Source: an uncultured Clostridia bacterium (GTDB lineage: Bacteria; Bacillota; Clostridia; TANB77; CAG-508). Taken from it: a stretch of 64,000 bases of DNA. A program made the position numbers and the translations under genes. Below the pieces are notes generated by a model. It saw nothing but the letters and a program-made list of their open reading frames with translations. It did not search any database and was not told where the DNA came from. This document shows positions 53,752 to 62,552 of the stretch, piece by piece (positions within the stretch are counted from its first letter, which is position 1; each line of letters opens with the position of its first letter). The stretch is from NCBI GenBank assembly GCA_963558405.1, contig CAUWGC010000001.1, positions 64,001-128,000 on the forward strand, given 5' to 3'.

Positions 53752-54252
53752 ATGTTTTTTTATCCTAAAGAATATTTAGAAAATGTACGAGAAGTAACAC
53801 TTGAATTATTAAAACAAAATAATATTAAAGGTTTAATATTAGATATGGATAATACAATTATAGATTATTATAAAAACTTACCAGAAGAAACAATAAAGTG
53901 GTGTGAAAGTTTAAAAAATAATGGTATAAAAATGTGTATATTATCCAATAGCAATAAAAAAGATAAAGTAAATATGGTGGCAAATAAATTAAAATTACCA
54001 TATATTAATTTTGCACTAAAACCATTTAAAGGTGGTTTTAAAAAGGCAAAAAAAATGTTAGAATTAGAAAATAATGAAATTGCAGTGATTGGTGATCAAA
54101 TATTTACAGACGTATTAGGTGCTAATAGAATGAAAATGTTTTCTATTTTAGTAAAACCAATAAAAGAAAAAGATATATGGATTACTATTTTAAAAAGACC
54201 AATAGAAAATTTTATAATAAATAATTATTTAAAACAAAAAAATAAAAAGTGA
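53752..54252 (+). CDS. yqeG: YqeG family HAD IIIA phosphatase
   Basis: LDMDNT, LSNS, KP and IGDQIFTDVLGANR motifs. Confidence 0.92.
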   Translation: MFFYPKEYLENVREVTLELLKQNNIKGLILDMDNTIIDYYKNLPEETIKWCESLKNNGIKMCILSNSNKKDKVNMVANKLKLPYINFALKPFKGGFKKAKKMLELENNEIAVIGDQIFTDVLGANRMKMFSILVKPIKEKDIWITILKRPIENFIINNYLKQKNKK

Positions 54253-54270
54253 TAAGAGAGGAAAAAGCAA

Positions 54271-55017
54271 ATGTATTTGAATGATGTTCATATTATGTAT
54301 TATGTATTAATAGGGTTAATAGGGTTATTAGTGGGGCAATTTACAGATTGGTGTAATAAAAGATTACCAGAGTATAAAAAAATATTTACAAAAGAAATTT
54401 TTGAAGAATATAAAAAAATTTGTAAACCAAATTATATATTAATGATAATAACAGCAATTATTTATATAGTATTATTATATGTTTTTGGAATTAATGATAC
54501 ATTAATGGGAAATATAAAATTAATTAAATATCTTATACTTACACCAATGTTATTATCTGTTGTGGTAATTGATTATAAACTTCAAATTATACCAAACCGT
54601 TTAAATTTAACAATGTTTGAAATTGGAATCTTATTTGTCTTTTTACAAGGAATGGAAAGTACTAATATAGCAATTGATGGATTATTAGGAATGATTGTAG
54701 GAGGCGGTATCTTCTTATTTATTACTCTAATTGGAGGATTAATTGCAGGAAAAGAAGCAATGGGATTAGGTGATGTAAAACTAATGGGAGCATTGGGACT
54801 TTTCTTTGGATGGGTAGATATGCTTATTATATCTGTACTTGCTTTCTTAATTGGAGCAATTTTAAGTATTATATTAATAGCAACTAAAAAGAAAAAAACA
54901 GATGAATATATTCCATTTGGACCATTTATAGTAATTGGAACTTTTTTAGTAATGTTTATAAAATCTAGTTATTTAATACCAATTTTATTAGAAATTTTTA
55001 CATTAGGAATGTATTAA
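54271..55017 (+). CDS. Prepilin peptidase (A24 family)
   Basis: VIDYKLQIIPN, MGLGDVKLM and IPFGPF motifs. Confidence 0.9.
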   Translation: MYLNDVHIMYYVLIGLIGLLVGQFTDWCNKRLPEYKKIFTKEIFEEYKKICKPNYILMIITAIIYIVLLYVFGINDTLMGNIKLIKYLILTPMLLSVVVIDYKLQIIPNRLNLTMFEIGILFVFLQGMESTNIAIDGLLGMIVGGGIFLFITLIGGLIAGKEAMGLGDVKLMGALGLFFGWVDMLIISVLAFLIGAILSIILIATKKKKTDEYIPFGPFIVIGTFLVMFIKSSYLIPILLEIFTLGMY

Positions 55018-55044
55018 TAATAACCTTAAAAGGGGTGAAAATCT

Positions 55045-56112
55045 ATGAACTTAAAAATCAAATGTCTTAGAGGAAAACTAGAAGGAAAAAATATGCAAGG
55101 TATGATTATTACAAATCCTACTAACATTAGATATTTAACAGGAATTACAGCAGAAGGCATTTTACTAATTACTCGTAAAGAAAATATTTTTATAACAGAT
55201 GCAAGATATATAGAGGCAGTAAATAGTACTTTAACTATTGATGATGATGTTATTGTATATGATGTGGCAGACATATCAAAAGAAGATTATGAAAATTTTT
55301 TTCTATTTTGTGAAAATGTAGGATTTGAAGAAAATCATGTTACATATGCAAAGTACAAAGAATATATGCATAAATATATAATAAATAATTTTGAAGAAAC
55401 AGAAGAGTTAATAGAAAAGCAAAGAGTAATAAAGGATGAACAAGAAATAGAAAAAATAAAAAAAGCATGCAAAATAACAGATGATTGTTTTAAATATTTA
55501 TTAGATTATATAAAAATAGGAAAAACAGAAAAAGAAATAGCATTTGAAATTCAAAAATATTTTAAAACACATGGTGCAGAAAAAGAAGCATTTGATACAA
55601 TAGTAGCATCAGGACCAAACTCTTCTAAGCCTCATGCTGTTCCAACTGATAGAGAAATTACATACGGAGATTCTATTACTATTGACATGGGTTGTGTATA
55701 TGAAGGATACTGCTCAGATATGACAAGAACTATTTTTATGGGAGAGCCTAATGAAAAAGTAAAAAAAGTATATGACTTAGTATTAAAAAATCAGTTACAA
55801 ACATTAAAAGATTTAAAAGAAGGTGCAAATTTAAAAATACTTTCAAAAATGGTAGATAATGATTTTAAAATAAATGGATATAGTCTTGTTCATGCTTTAG
55901 GTCATGGCGTTGGATTAGAAATACATGAAAATCCATTTTTTAGTATGTATAAAGATCTTTTACTAAAAGAAAATATGATTGTAACAAACGAACCAGGTAT
56001 ATATATACCAAATGAATTTGGTATAAGAATTGAAGATACCGTATTAATTACAAAATCTGGTTGTATAAATTTAACAGAATCTGAGAAAAATTATATTATA
56101 TTAAAAGAATAA
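55045..56112 (+). CDS. Xaa-Pro aminopeptidase (M24)
   Basis: PHA, IDMG...YCSDMTRT, HALGHGVGL.IHE, EPGIY and RIED motifs. Confidence 0.93.
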   Translation: MNLKIKCLRGKLEGKNMQGMIITNPTNIRYLTGITAEGILLITRKENIFITDARYIEAVNSTLTIDDDVIVYDVADISKEDYENFFLFCENVGFEENHVTYAKYKEYMHKYIINNFEETEELIEKQRVIKDEQEIEKIKKACKITDDCFKYLLDYIKIGKTEKEIAFEIQKYFKTHGAEKEAFDTIVASGPNSSKPHAVPTDREITYGDSITIDMGCVYEGYCSDMTRTIFMGEPNEKVKKVYDLVLKNQLQTLKDLKEGANLKILSKMVDNDFKINGYSLVHALGHGVGLEIHENPFFSMYKDLLLKENMIVTNEPGIYIPNEFGIRIEDTVLITKSGCINLTESEKNYIILKE

Positions 56113-56231
56113 TATTAAGTATTATATAATAAAAATAAATGATAAATATGAAAAGTACTTATAACTATTGATTTTTAGCCAAAAATATAGTAATATATAT
56201 AAGATAGATTTATAATATAGGAGGAATAATT

Positions 56232-56798
56232 ATGGCAGAAGTATATATGGCAGGAGATTTTAGAAATGGAACTACTTTCGAAATGGATGGAAACGTATAT
56301 AAAGTAGTAGAATTTCAACATGTAAAACCAGGAAAAGGAGCAGCTTTTGTTCGTACAAAATTAAAAAATGTAATAAATGGATCAGTTTTAGAAAAAACAT
56401 TTAATCCATCTGAAAAATATCCAGGAGCACAAATTGAAAAAAGAGATATGCAATATCTATATCAAGATGGAGATTTATATTATTTCATGGATAATGAAAC
56501 ATATGAACAAATGCCACTTAATAAAGAACAAATAGGTGATAACTTAAAATTTATAAAAGAAAATATGAACGTAAAAATATTATCATACAAAGGTAATGTA
56601 TTTGCAGTAGAACCACCAATGTTTGTTGAATTAGAAGTTACATATACTGAACCAGGATTTAGTGGAAATACAACTACAACAGCAGGTAAACCAGCAACAC
56701 TAGAAAATGGATTTGAAATTACAGTACCATTATTCGTAAATATAGGAGACGTTATTAGAATTGATACAAGAACAGGCGAATACATGGAAAGAATTTAA
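56232..56798 (+). CDS. efp: Elongation factor P
   Basis: [14 protein letters not shown] and [19 protein letters not shown] motifs. Confidence 0.98.
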   Translation: MAEVYMAGDFRNGTTFEMDGNVYKVVEFQHVKPGKGAAFVRTKLKNVINGSVLEKTFNPSEKYPGAQIEKRDMQYLYQDGDLYYFMDNETYEQMPLNKEQIGDNLKFIKENMNVKILSYKGNVFAVEPPMFVELEVTYTEPGFSGNTTTTAGKPATLENGFEITVPLFVNIGDVIRIDTRTGEYMERI

Positions 56799-56819
56799 AT
56801 TTAGAAAGGAAAACATATC

Positions 56820-57317
56820 ATGTCTGAATTAAATCAAAAATTTAGAAATATTGTTAAAGAAGTAGAAGAAAGAATTCAAAATAAGGAAGATGCAGAGTTT
56901 GTAAAACAAAAAATTTCTGAAATATCTATATTATTTTTAGATACCATTGACAGAATAACTGAAATGGGAGAACAAAAAATGAAAAAAATAGAAGAAAAAC
57001 AAAAAGATTTAGAGGAAAAGTTAAATTCATTAGATTGTTCTTTATCTACAATAGAAAATGATATATATGAAAATGATTCTGATGATGAGAATTATGACTT
57101 TGAAATTGTTTGTCCATATTGCAATCATGAATTTACATGTGATATTGAAGCAAACGACAATGCCGAAGTACAATGTCCAGAATGTAAAAACATTATAGAA
57201 TTAGACTGGAATGCAGAAGAAGATGGATGTGGAGATTGTTCATGTTGTGATTTTGATTGCAAAAATGCTAATATGGAAGAAGAACAAGAAAACAATCAAG
57301 AAGACGATGATATGTAA
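56820..57317 (+). CDS. Conserved protein with a coiled coil and Zn ribbon (CD1247-like, follows efp)
   Basis: CPYC...CPEC plus an acidic Cys-rich tail. Confidence 0.75.
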   Translation: MSELNQKFRNIVKEVEERIQNKEDAEFVKQKISEISILFLDTIDRITEMGEQKMKKIEEKQKDLEEKLNSLDCSLSTIENDIYENDSDDENYDFEIVCPYCNHEFTCDIEANDNAEVQCPECKNIIELDWNAEEDGCGDCSCCDFDCKNANMEEEQENNQEDDDM

Positions 57318-57356
57318 TATAAATAAGAATTAAATCTAATAAATGTTATATATAGT

Positions 57357-57394
57357 AAAACCGATAATAAGTATTGATTTATTATCGGTTTTTT
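57357..57394. terminator. Bidirectional terminator
   Basis: AAAACCGATAATAA...TTATTATCGGTTTT. Confidence 0.85.
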
Positions 57395-57414
57395 ATTGTG
57401 AAAAATTATATGAA

Positions 57415-58029
57415 TTATTTAAATAAAGAAATAGGATTTACCAATTCATCTTTTTTTCTAATAGTTAAATGAAGATGGGCTCCTGTGGTAGCACCATTAG
57501 TAGGCCTTCCATTACTATCTTTATATGGGTTATTAGAAATTCCATATATATTTTTAGGACCTACATGAGCAATTACTTGACCTTTTTTTACAATATCACC
57601 AGGACTAACAATATAGTTTGGGGAAACATGACAATATGAAATGGAATAATCATTATTTTTTAGAGTAATTGTACACCCACCAGCACCACTAAATTTTGCC
57701 ATTGTTATTTTTCCGTTAGTAATTGCAAGAAGAGGAGTACCAGTAGGAACTCCAATATCAATTCCACTATGATAAGTAGAAGCTCCCTTAGTAGGTGATT
57801 TTCTTTTTCCAAAAGGAGAAGTTATATTAGTATAACCTGGACATGGCCATAAAAATGAACTATCATTTAAATTAAAAGAGGAGTAATTAGAAGGAACTGA
57901 ATAAGAAAAAGTAACAGAAGAATTATTAGAATAAATTATAATTGGAATAAAAAAGCATGATATAAAAATAAGAAAAAAAGTAATACTTAAGATAAAATAA
58001 AAAAGCCTATGAGATAAATAAGATTGCAT
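57415..58029 (-). CDS. M23 family metallopeptidase
   Basis: ITSPFG, HSGID, YCH and TGAHLH motifs; N-terminal TM; RBS AAGGAGG. Confidence 0.9.
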   Translation of the reverse strand: MQSYLSHRLFYFILSITFFLIFISCFFIPIIIYSNNSSVTFSYSVPSNYSSFNLNDSSFLWPCPGYTNITSPFGKRKSPTKGASTYHSGIDIGVPTGTPLLAITNGKITMAKFSGAGGCTITLKNNDYSISYCHVSPNYIVSPGDIVKKGQVIAHVGPKNIYGISNNPYKDSNGRPTNGATTGAHLHLTIRKKDELVNPISLFK

Positions 58030-58071
58030 AAAACCTCCTTAAAACCCCCATTAGCTTTATTAATTTATATT

Positions 58072-58431
58072 TGGTGGAGATGAGGAGAGTCGAACTCCTG
58101 TCCAATCATCCTTCCATATGAACTTCTCCGAGTGCATTTTGTTATTTTTTATTTCTCTTTTAATTCGTTAACAAAAAAACAAATTAAAAAAGTATCCTTT
58201 AAAATACCCACTATTTTTAAGGAGAAAATAGTTTTGTTATCCTACTAATTTAAACACCTTATCAAAAACCGTAGGAAGTTTAAGAAAAGATGTGCCGCCA
58301 AACTTAGGCAGCGTATGCTAATTCTCTATTATCAGCGTTTATATTTATTTTCTCGTTTTTTAAGTGGCCAACGAGAATCCACTACTCGCTATTCATACTT
58401 CTAGAGGACTGTCGAAACCAAATACATCCCC
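58072..58431 (-). ncRNA. ssrA: tmRNA; tag peptide (A)ADNRELAYAA at 58304-58336
   Basis: 5' GGGGATGTATTTGGTTTCGAC; 3' GGAGTTCGACTCTCCTCATCTCCACCA; resume context ATAAAC-GCT. Confidence 0.96.
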
Positions 58432-58443
58432 ATATACAATAAT

Positions 58444-58472
58444 ATTATACAATACTTTAAATTATGTTGCAA
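58444..58472 (-). promoter_or_regulatory. SigA promoter of tmRNA
   Basis: TTGCAA-17 nt-TATAAT on the minus strand. Confidence 0.7.
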
Positions 58473-58574
58473 TAAAATTAAAAGAAAATATTTAACAAGT
58501 TACTAGTATTATTTTAAAATTAGTAACTTGCTAAATATTAAAGTTATAGAATATTTTACAATGAAATATAATTT

Positions 58575-61022
58575 TTAAACTTCTCTATTAAAATTACCAT
58601 TAGTGTAAATGTTTCCTTCTAATTTTTGACCTTGTTTTACTGCTTGAATAATAGAGTTTATTTCTGAAACGGGTTCATCCAGAATATCTATACGTATAGA
58701 GTCAACATTTAAATCGGAAGTAGAAATAGATGTTATTTTACTATTATAAATATTTGTAACAGTTTGTACATTATCAGGAACAATTCTAAATTCATATCCT
58801 AATCTGTCTTTTAACCAATAAGTATTTTCAAAATCCTTGCATTTAGTTGTGCAAGTTGGATAGCATTTATTAGTATTTCCAAGTAAGCAATAATTTGTAG
58901 TCATCATTCTAGTTTTACCATATGCTATTATTTCTGTAGAAACAGGTAAATTATAGTTTAAAAAATCTTGAATATCTTGTTTGTTAAGTTCTGGAGATAA
59001 AATAATAGTTTTTATTCCAAGATTTTTAATTTCATTAATACTATTATTGTTAAATAAGTTCATCCCAGAATTAGCAATAAAATCGTAAGAATTACCATAT
59101 TTAGAAATAAGATTAATACAGTCAAGGTTTGATACTACAAATCCTTTTATGGAAAAGTTTTTTAAAGTATCCTCAATATTATTATCAATAAGTTTTACAT
59201 AATTAGCTTTTATTATTACTGGCATATAAATATAAGCATCAAAAGAGTCACATAGATTTTTAACTAAATTGCTATATTTTTTATAAGCAAAATATTTAAG
59301 AGGAATATAAATTTTATCAATTCCATTAATAGCAGAATAATCAGTATCTAAATCTAATATAGGCAAATATAATGAAACTTTTTTTTCTTTTTTTGCAGTT
59401 GAATTTGTAGTTGAAAAAGGATTTTCTGTAGTAACTGGATGTTTAATTTTTCTAGAATATTTTTGTAAAACTATTTCTTGTACTTTTTCTAATGACTCTC
59501 TTCGTAAAGAATTTAAAATACTAATACTAGGTACAAAAAGACCATCATCTAAAAAAACAGTGATTTTATCAAAAAAATATGGAGTATCATTTGTTTTTGA
59601 AATTTGTGAAATTACTTTATCAACTGTTATAGGTGCATTTATTGCAGGAATTGGTTTTGTATTTGAACTTATATTAACAGTAATATTATCATAAAATTCA
59701 CCAGAAGTAGGAAGAGTAGTTACTTCAATACTTATTGGTAAATCTTTTTTTATTGTAATGCTACAATTTAAATGAATTTTTTTAAGTTCTTTATCACTAT
59801 AACTATCTTTTACAGAATTAATCAAAGTTTTACTAGTAATTTTATAAACTTTATCACCAGCAGATATGTTTCCTTTCATTCTTCCTAATTTAACTAAATC
59901 ATTAGTATAAGCTTGCTTTATATTTTTATTTTCTTTCATCAATTCGGAAACTGTATATTTAGAGTTCTCTTTTTGTAACATAATGGTATCACCTATTTCA
60001 ATAGGCTCGTTTAATTTAAGATTAATTAATCCTTTTTGCTCATTATAATGTGTTACATATCCAAGAAATAATCCCATATTATTAGGTTTTTCTTTATAAA
60101 TTAAGCTTTTATTTGCACTAACATCAATGTGCCCAGTAGAAAATCCACCTCTATTAAAAGCCTGTAATAAATCTTTTTTATCTTGAGGGTCAATAACATA
60201 TTCTTTTCCAGAAAGAGCAAGGTCTATGTATTTACGATATATTTTTGTGGTAATAGCAACGTATTCTGGTGGTTTCATTCTTCCTTCTATTTTAAAACAT
60301 TTAACTCCTGATTTTATCAATTCTGGAATATATTCTAATCCACATAAATCTTTTGGACTTAATAAATAACCTTTATCAACAGATGTTTCTTTGGATGAAT
60401 CTATAGATTTTTGTATCAATTCATATGACATTCTACAAGGTTGAGCGCACTTGCCACGATTACCAGATCTACCACCAATCATGCTAGAGAATAAGCATTG
60501 ACCAGAATAACTAATACACAAAGCTCCATGAATAAAAGTTTCTATTTCAATATCAGTATGGTCACATATATAACGTATTTCATTAATTGGAAGTTCTCTT
60601 GAAAGAACTACTCTTTTAAAACCTAATTTTTGACAAGAAAGAGCACCTTCTAAATTATGAATTGTCATTTGTGTACTTGCATGTATAGGAAGATCAAGGA
60701 AATGAGAAATAAGATATCTAGCAAGACCAATATCTTGTACAATAATAGCATCAATTCCATATTCATATGCTTTAGATGCTAAATCTATAGCTTGTTTAAA
60801 TTCATTATTTTTAATTAATGTATTTAATGTAAGATGTGTTTTTACATTTCGTAATTTTGCATAAGAAATAGCTTTTTTTAATTCTTCTAATCCAAAATTT
60901 GAAGCAAATGCTCGTGCATTAAAAAAAGAAGAGCCAAAATAAACACTGTCTGCACCATTTTGAACAGCTGCTTGTAAACATTTAAAATCTCCTACAGGAG
61001 CTAATAGTTCTACTTTATTCAT
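58575..61022 (-). CDS. U32 family protein with DUF3656 (RlhA-like RNA hydroxylase)
   Basis: ELLAP.G, HASTQ, HGALCISYSGQC...RGKCAQPCR and KIEGRMK motifs; start ATG 61022 after CGGAG. Confidence 0.88.
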   Translation of the reverse strand: MNKVELLAPVGDFKCLQAAVQNGADSVYFGSSFFNARAFASNFGLEELKKAISYAKLRNVKTHLTLNTLIKNNEFKQAIDLASKAYEYGIDAIIVQDIGLARYLISHFLDLPIHASTQMTIHNLEGALSCQKLGFKRVVLSRELPINEIRYICDHTDIEIETFIHGALCISYSGQCLFSSMIGGRSGNRGKCAQPCRMSYELIQKSIDSSKETSVDKGYLLSPKDLCGLEYIPELIKSGVKCFKIEGRMKPPEYVAITTKIYRKYIDLALSGKEYVIDPQDKKDLLQAFNRGGFSTGHIDVSANKSLIYKEKPNNMGLFLGYVTHYNEQKGLINLKLNEPIEIGDTIMLQKENSKYTVSELMKENKNIKQAYTNDLVKLGRMKGNISAGDKVYKITSKTLINSVKDSYSDKELKKIHLNCSITIKKDLPISIEVTTLPTSGEFYDNITVNISSNTKPIPAINAPITVDKVISQISKTNDTPYFFDKITVFLDDGLFVPSISILNSLRRESLEKVQEIVLQKYSRKIKHPVTTENPFSTTNSTAKKEKKVSLYLPILDLDTDYSAINGIDKIYIPLKYFAYKKYSNLVKNLCDSFDAYIYMPVIIKANYVKLIDNNIEDTLKNFSIKGFVVSNLDCINLISKYGNSYDFIANSGMNLFNNNSINEIKNLGIKTIILSPELNKQDIQDFLNYNLPVSTEIIAYGKTRMMTTNYCLLGNTNKCYPTCTTKCKDFENTYWLKDRLGYEFRIVPDNVQTVTNIYNSKITSISTSDLNVDSIRIDILDEPVSEINSIIQAVKQGQKLEGNIYTNGNFNREV

Positions 61023-61179
61023 TTTAATTTCTCCGTTTCTAAATATTATAATTATATTGTAACACAAAAAAACAAATTAGCATACTATATTATATAAACA
61101 AGTGATTGAATAGTCACTAAAATGTAGAAAATATCAATGAAACATAGATATATTCTACAAATAAAAGGGAGGTAAAACC

Positions 61180-61374
61180 ATGCAAGAAGAAATTAGAAAT
61201 TGTGGATGTAACAATGGATGTGGATGCAACAATGGTTGTGGATGTAATAATGGAGGATTATTAGGAAATTTATTTGGAGGTTCTGGAGATAATTGCGAAA
61301 TATTATTTTTCATAATAGTTTTCTTATTATTATTCACAAACTTTGGAAAAGGAAATTGTGGATGCGGATGCTAA
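61180..61374 (+). CDS. Small Cys/Gly/Asn-rich hydrophobic protein, probably spore-coat related
   Basis: RBS GGGAGG; (CGCNNG)x3; ILFFIIVFLLLF; upstream AC..CATATACT SigK-like motif; own terminator. Confidence 0.75.
   Translation: MQEEIRNCGCNNGCGCNNGCGCNNGGLLGNLFGGSGDNCEILFFIIVFLLLFTNFGKGNCGCGC
61201..61254 (+). repeat. Three 18-bp tandem repeats (CGCNNG)
   Basis: TGTGGATGTAACAATGGA / TGTGGATGCAACAATGGT / TGTGGATGTAATAATGGA. Confidence 0.9.
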
Positions 61375-61403
61375 AAAAAGATTGGAATTATCCAATCTTT
61401 TTT
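61375..61403. terminator. Bidirectional terminator
   Basis: AAAAAGATTGGA-ATTA-TCCAATCTTTTT. Confidence 0.8.
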
Positions 61404-61409
61404 TAAGAA

Positions 61410-61676
61410 TTAAAAATAAAGTTGAAGTTCTTCTTGAAAATCATAAAAATCATCATCTGTACTAAACACTAACGAGGTAGATATAACCAAACCAGGTTGT
61501 TGTAGTTTAAAAATAACAGGTCTATGGTAGAACTTACCATTACAAAGATTGGCTAATATGATTACAAAAAATATTTCAGAAAATAGAATTTCTTTATCAA
61601 TATTATCCGTACTATCTAATTTGAATACACAAACATCTACAATATTAGATTTTGACCGTTTTAAGATATATAACAT
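61410..61676 (-). CDS. Hypothetical protein (orphan; in-frame CGG at codon 7)
   Basis: RBS GAAAGGTGG; ends at the shared terminator. Confidence 0.55.
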   Translation of the reverse strand: MLYILKRSKSNIVDVCVFKLDSTDNIDKEILFSEIFFVIILANLCNGKFYHRPVIFKLQQPGLVISTSLVFSTDDDFYDFQEELQLYF

Positions 61677-61846
61677 AAAGAAACCACCTTTCCAAATTTA
61701 ATAAAATTTTGGTTTTGAACTAAAATAAATTTTAATAATAGTATTATAGCACTATATTGCAGAAAAATAAATATTTTATACACAAATAAGAAAAAACTAT
61801 TGCATAATAAAAAAAAATATGCTAATATATATCTGGTCAAATAAAT

Positions 61847-61922
61847 AGGGGTATAGTGTTAATGGTTAGCACGATGGTCTCCAAAACCACAAGTCTGAGT
61901 TCGAATCTTAGTACCCCTGCCA
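61847..61922 (+). tRNA. tRNA-Trp (CCA)
   Basis: Acceptor stem AGGGGTA/TACCCCT; anticodon loop CTCCAAA; TTCGAAT T-loop; encoded CCA end; promoter TTGCAT-17 nt-TAATAT at 61800-61828; terminator follows. Confidence 0.96.
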
Positions 61923-62032
61923 AAAAGAAAGCATTTTGTTGTGCTTTCTTTTTTTTAGTAAAATGAATATAAATTACTTGTACTAAAAAAAATGATATGT
62001 TATACTGATAAAAAATAAAACAAGGAGTAAAA

Positions 62033-62455
62033 ATGGAAAAGATAAAAGAAATAATAAAAAAAGTATGTACTAAGGAAATTATATTTTATGCAATTTTTGG
62101 CGTTTTAACTACTCTTGTAAATGTGGGAACTTTTTATGTTCTAAATATGATTTTTCATTTAGAAGAAAACATCTCAAATAATATTGCTATTGTTGTAGCG
62201 GTATTGTTTGCATATTTTACAAACAAAGATATTGTATTTCATTCAGAAGCGGAATCTTTAAAAGAAAAAGGAGTAGAGTTTTTTAAATTTATATTAGGAA
62301 GAGCTGCAACTATGGTAGTAGAATCAGCAGGATTCTTTTTATTGTTTAATATGTGCCATATCCAAAAAATGATTAGTAAATGTACTATAACTATTGTAGT
62401 AATTATATTAAACTTTTTTATTAGTAAATTTTTTGCGTTTAGAAAGAAAAAATAA
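62033..62455 (+). CDS. GtrA family protein
   Basis: YAIFGVLTTLVN, FAYFTNK.IVF and LNFFISKFF motifs. Confidence 0.92.
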   Translation: MEKIKEIIKKVCTKEIIFYAIFGVLTTLVNVGTFYVLNMIFHLEENISNNIAIVVAVLFAYFTNKDIVFHSEAESLKEKGVEFFKFILGRAATMVVESAGFFLLFNMCHIQKMISKCTITIVVIILNFFISKFFAFRKKK

Positions 62456-62457
62456 AA

Positions 62458-62527
62458 CAAAAAAATGTTTGTAAAAACTATTGACAAAAAATAAATATAA
62501 TATATAATAATACCAAACAAAAATTCT
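62458..62527 (+). promoter_or_regulatory. recN promoter flanked by two degenerate SOS-box-like sites
   Basis: CAAAA-AAAT-GTTTG (62458-62471); TTGACA-16 nt-TATAAT (62481-62508); CAAAC-AAAA-ATTCT (62514-62527). Confidence 0.6.
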
Positions 62528-62552
62528 ATAAATTTTTGGGAGGTATTTTTTT

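Noticed and set aside
27781-54252. TGA reassignment (genetic code 4 or 25)
   Set aside because: TGA ends truB, whiA, nusB and yqeG at expected lengths, and no conserved gene needs an internal TGA read through.
58030-58075. Integrated element at the tmRNA or tRNA-Trp 3' end
   Set aside because: No integrase and no duplicated att sequence seen in the window.
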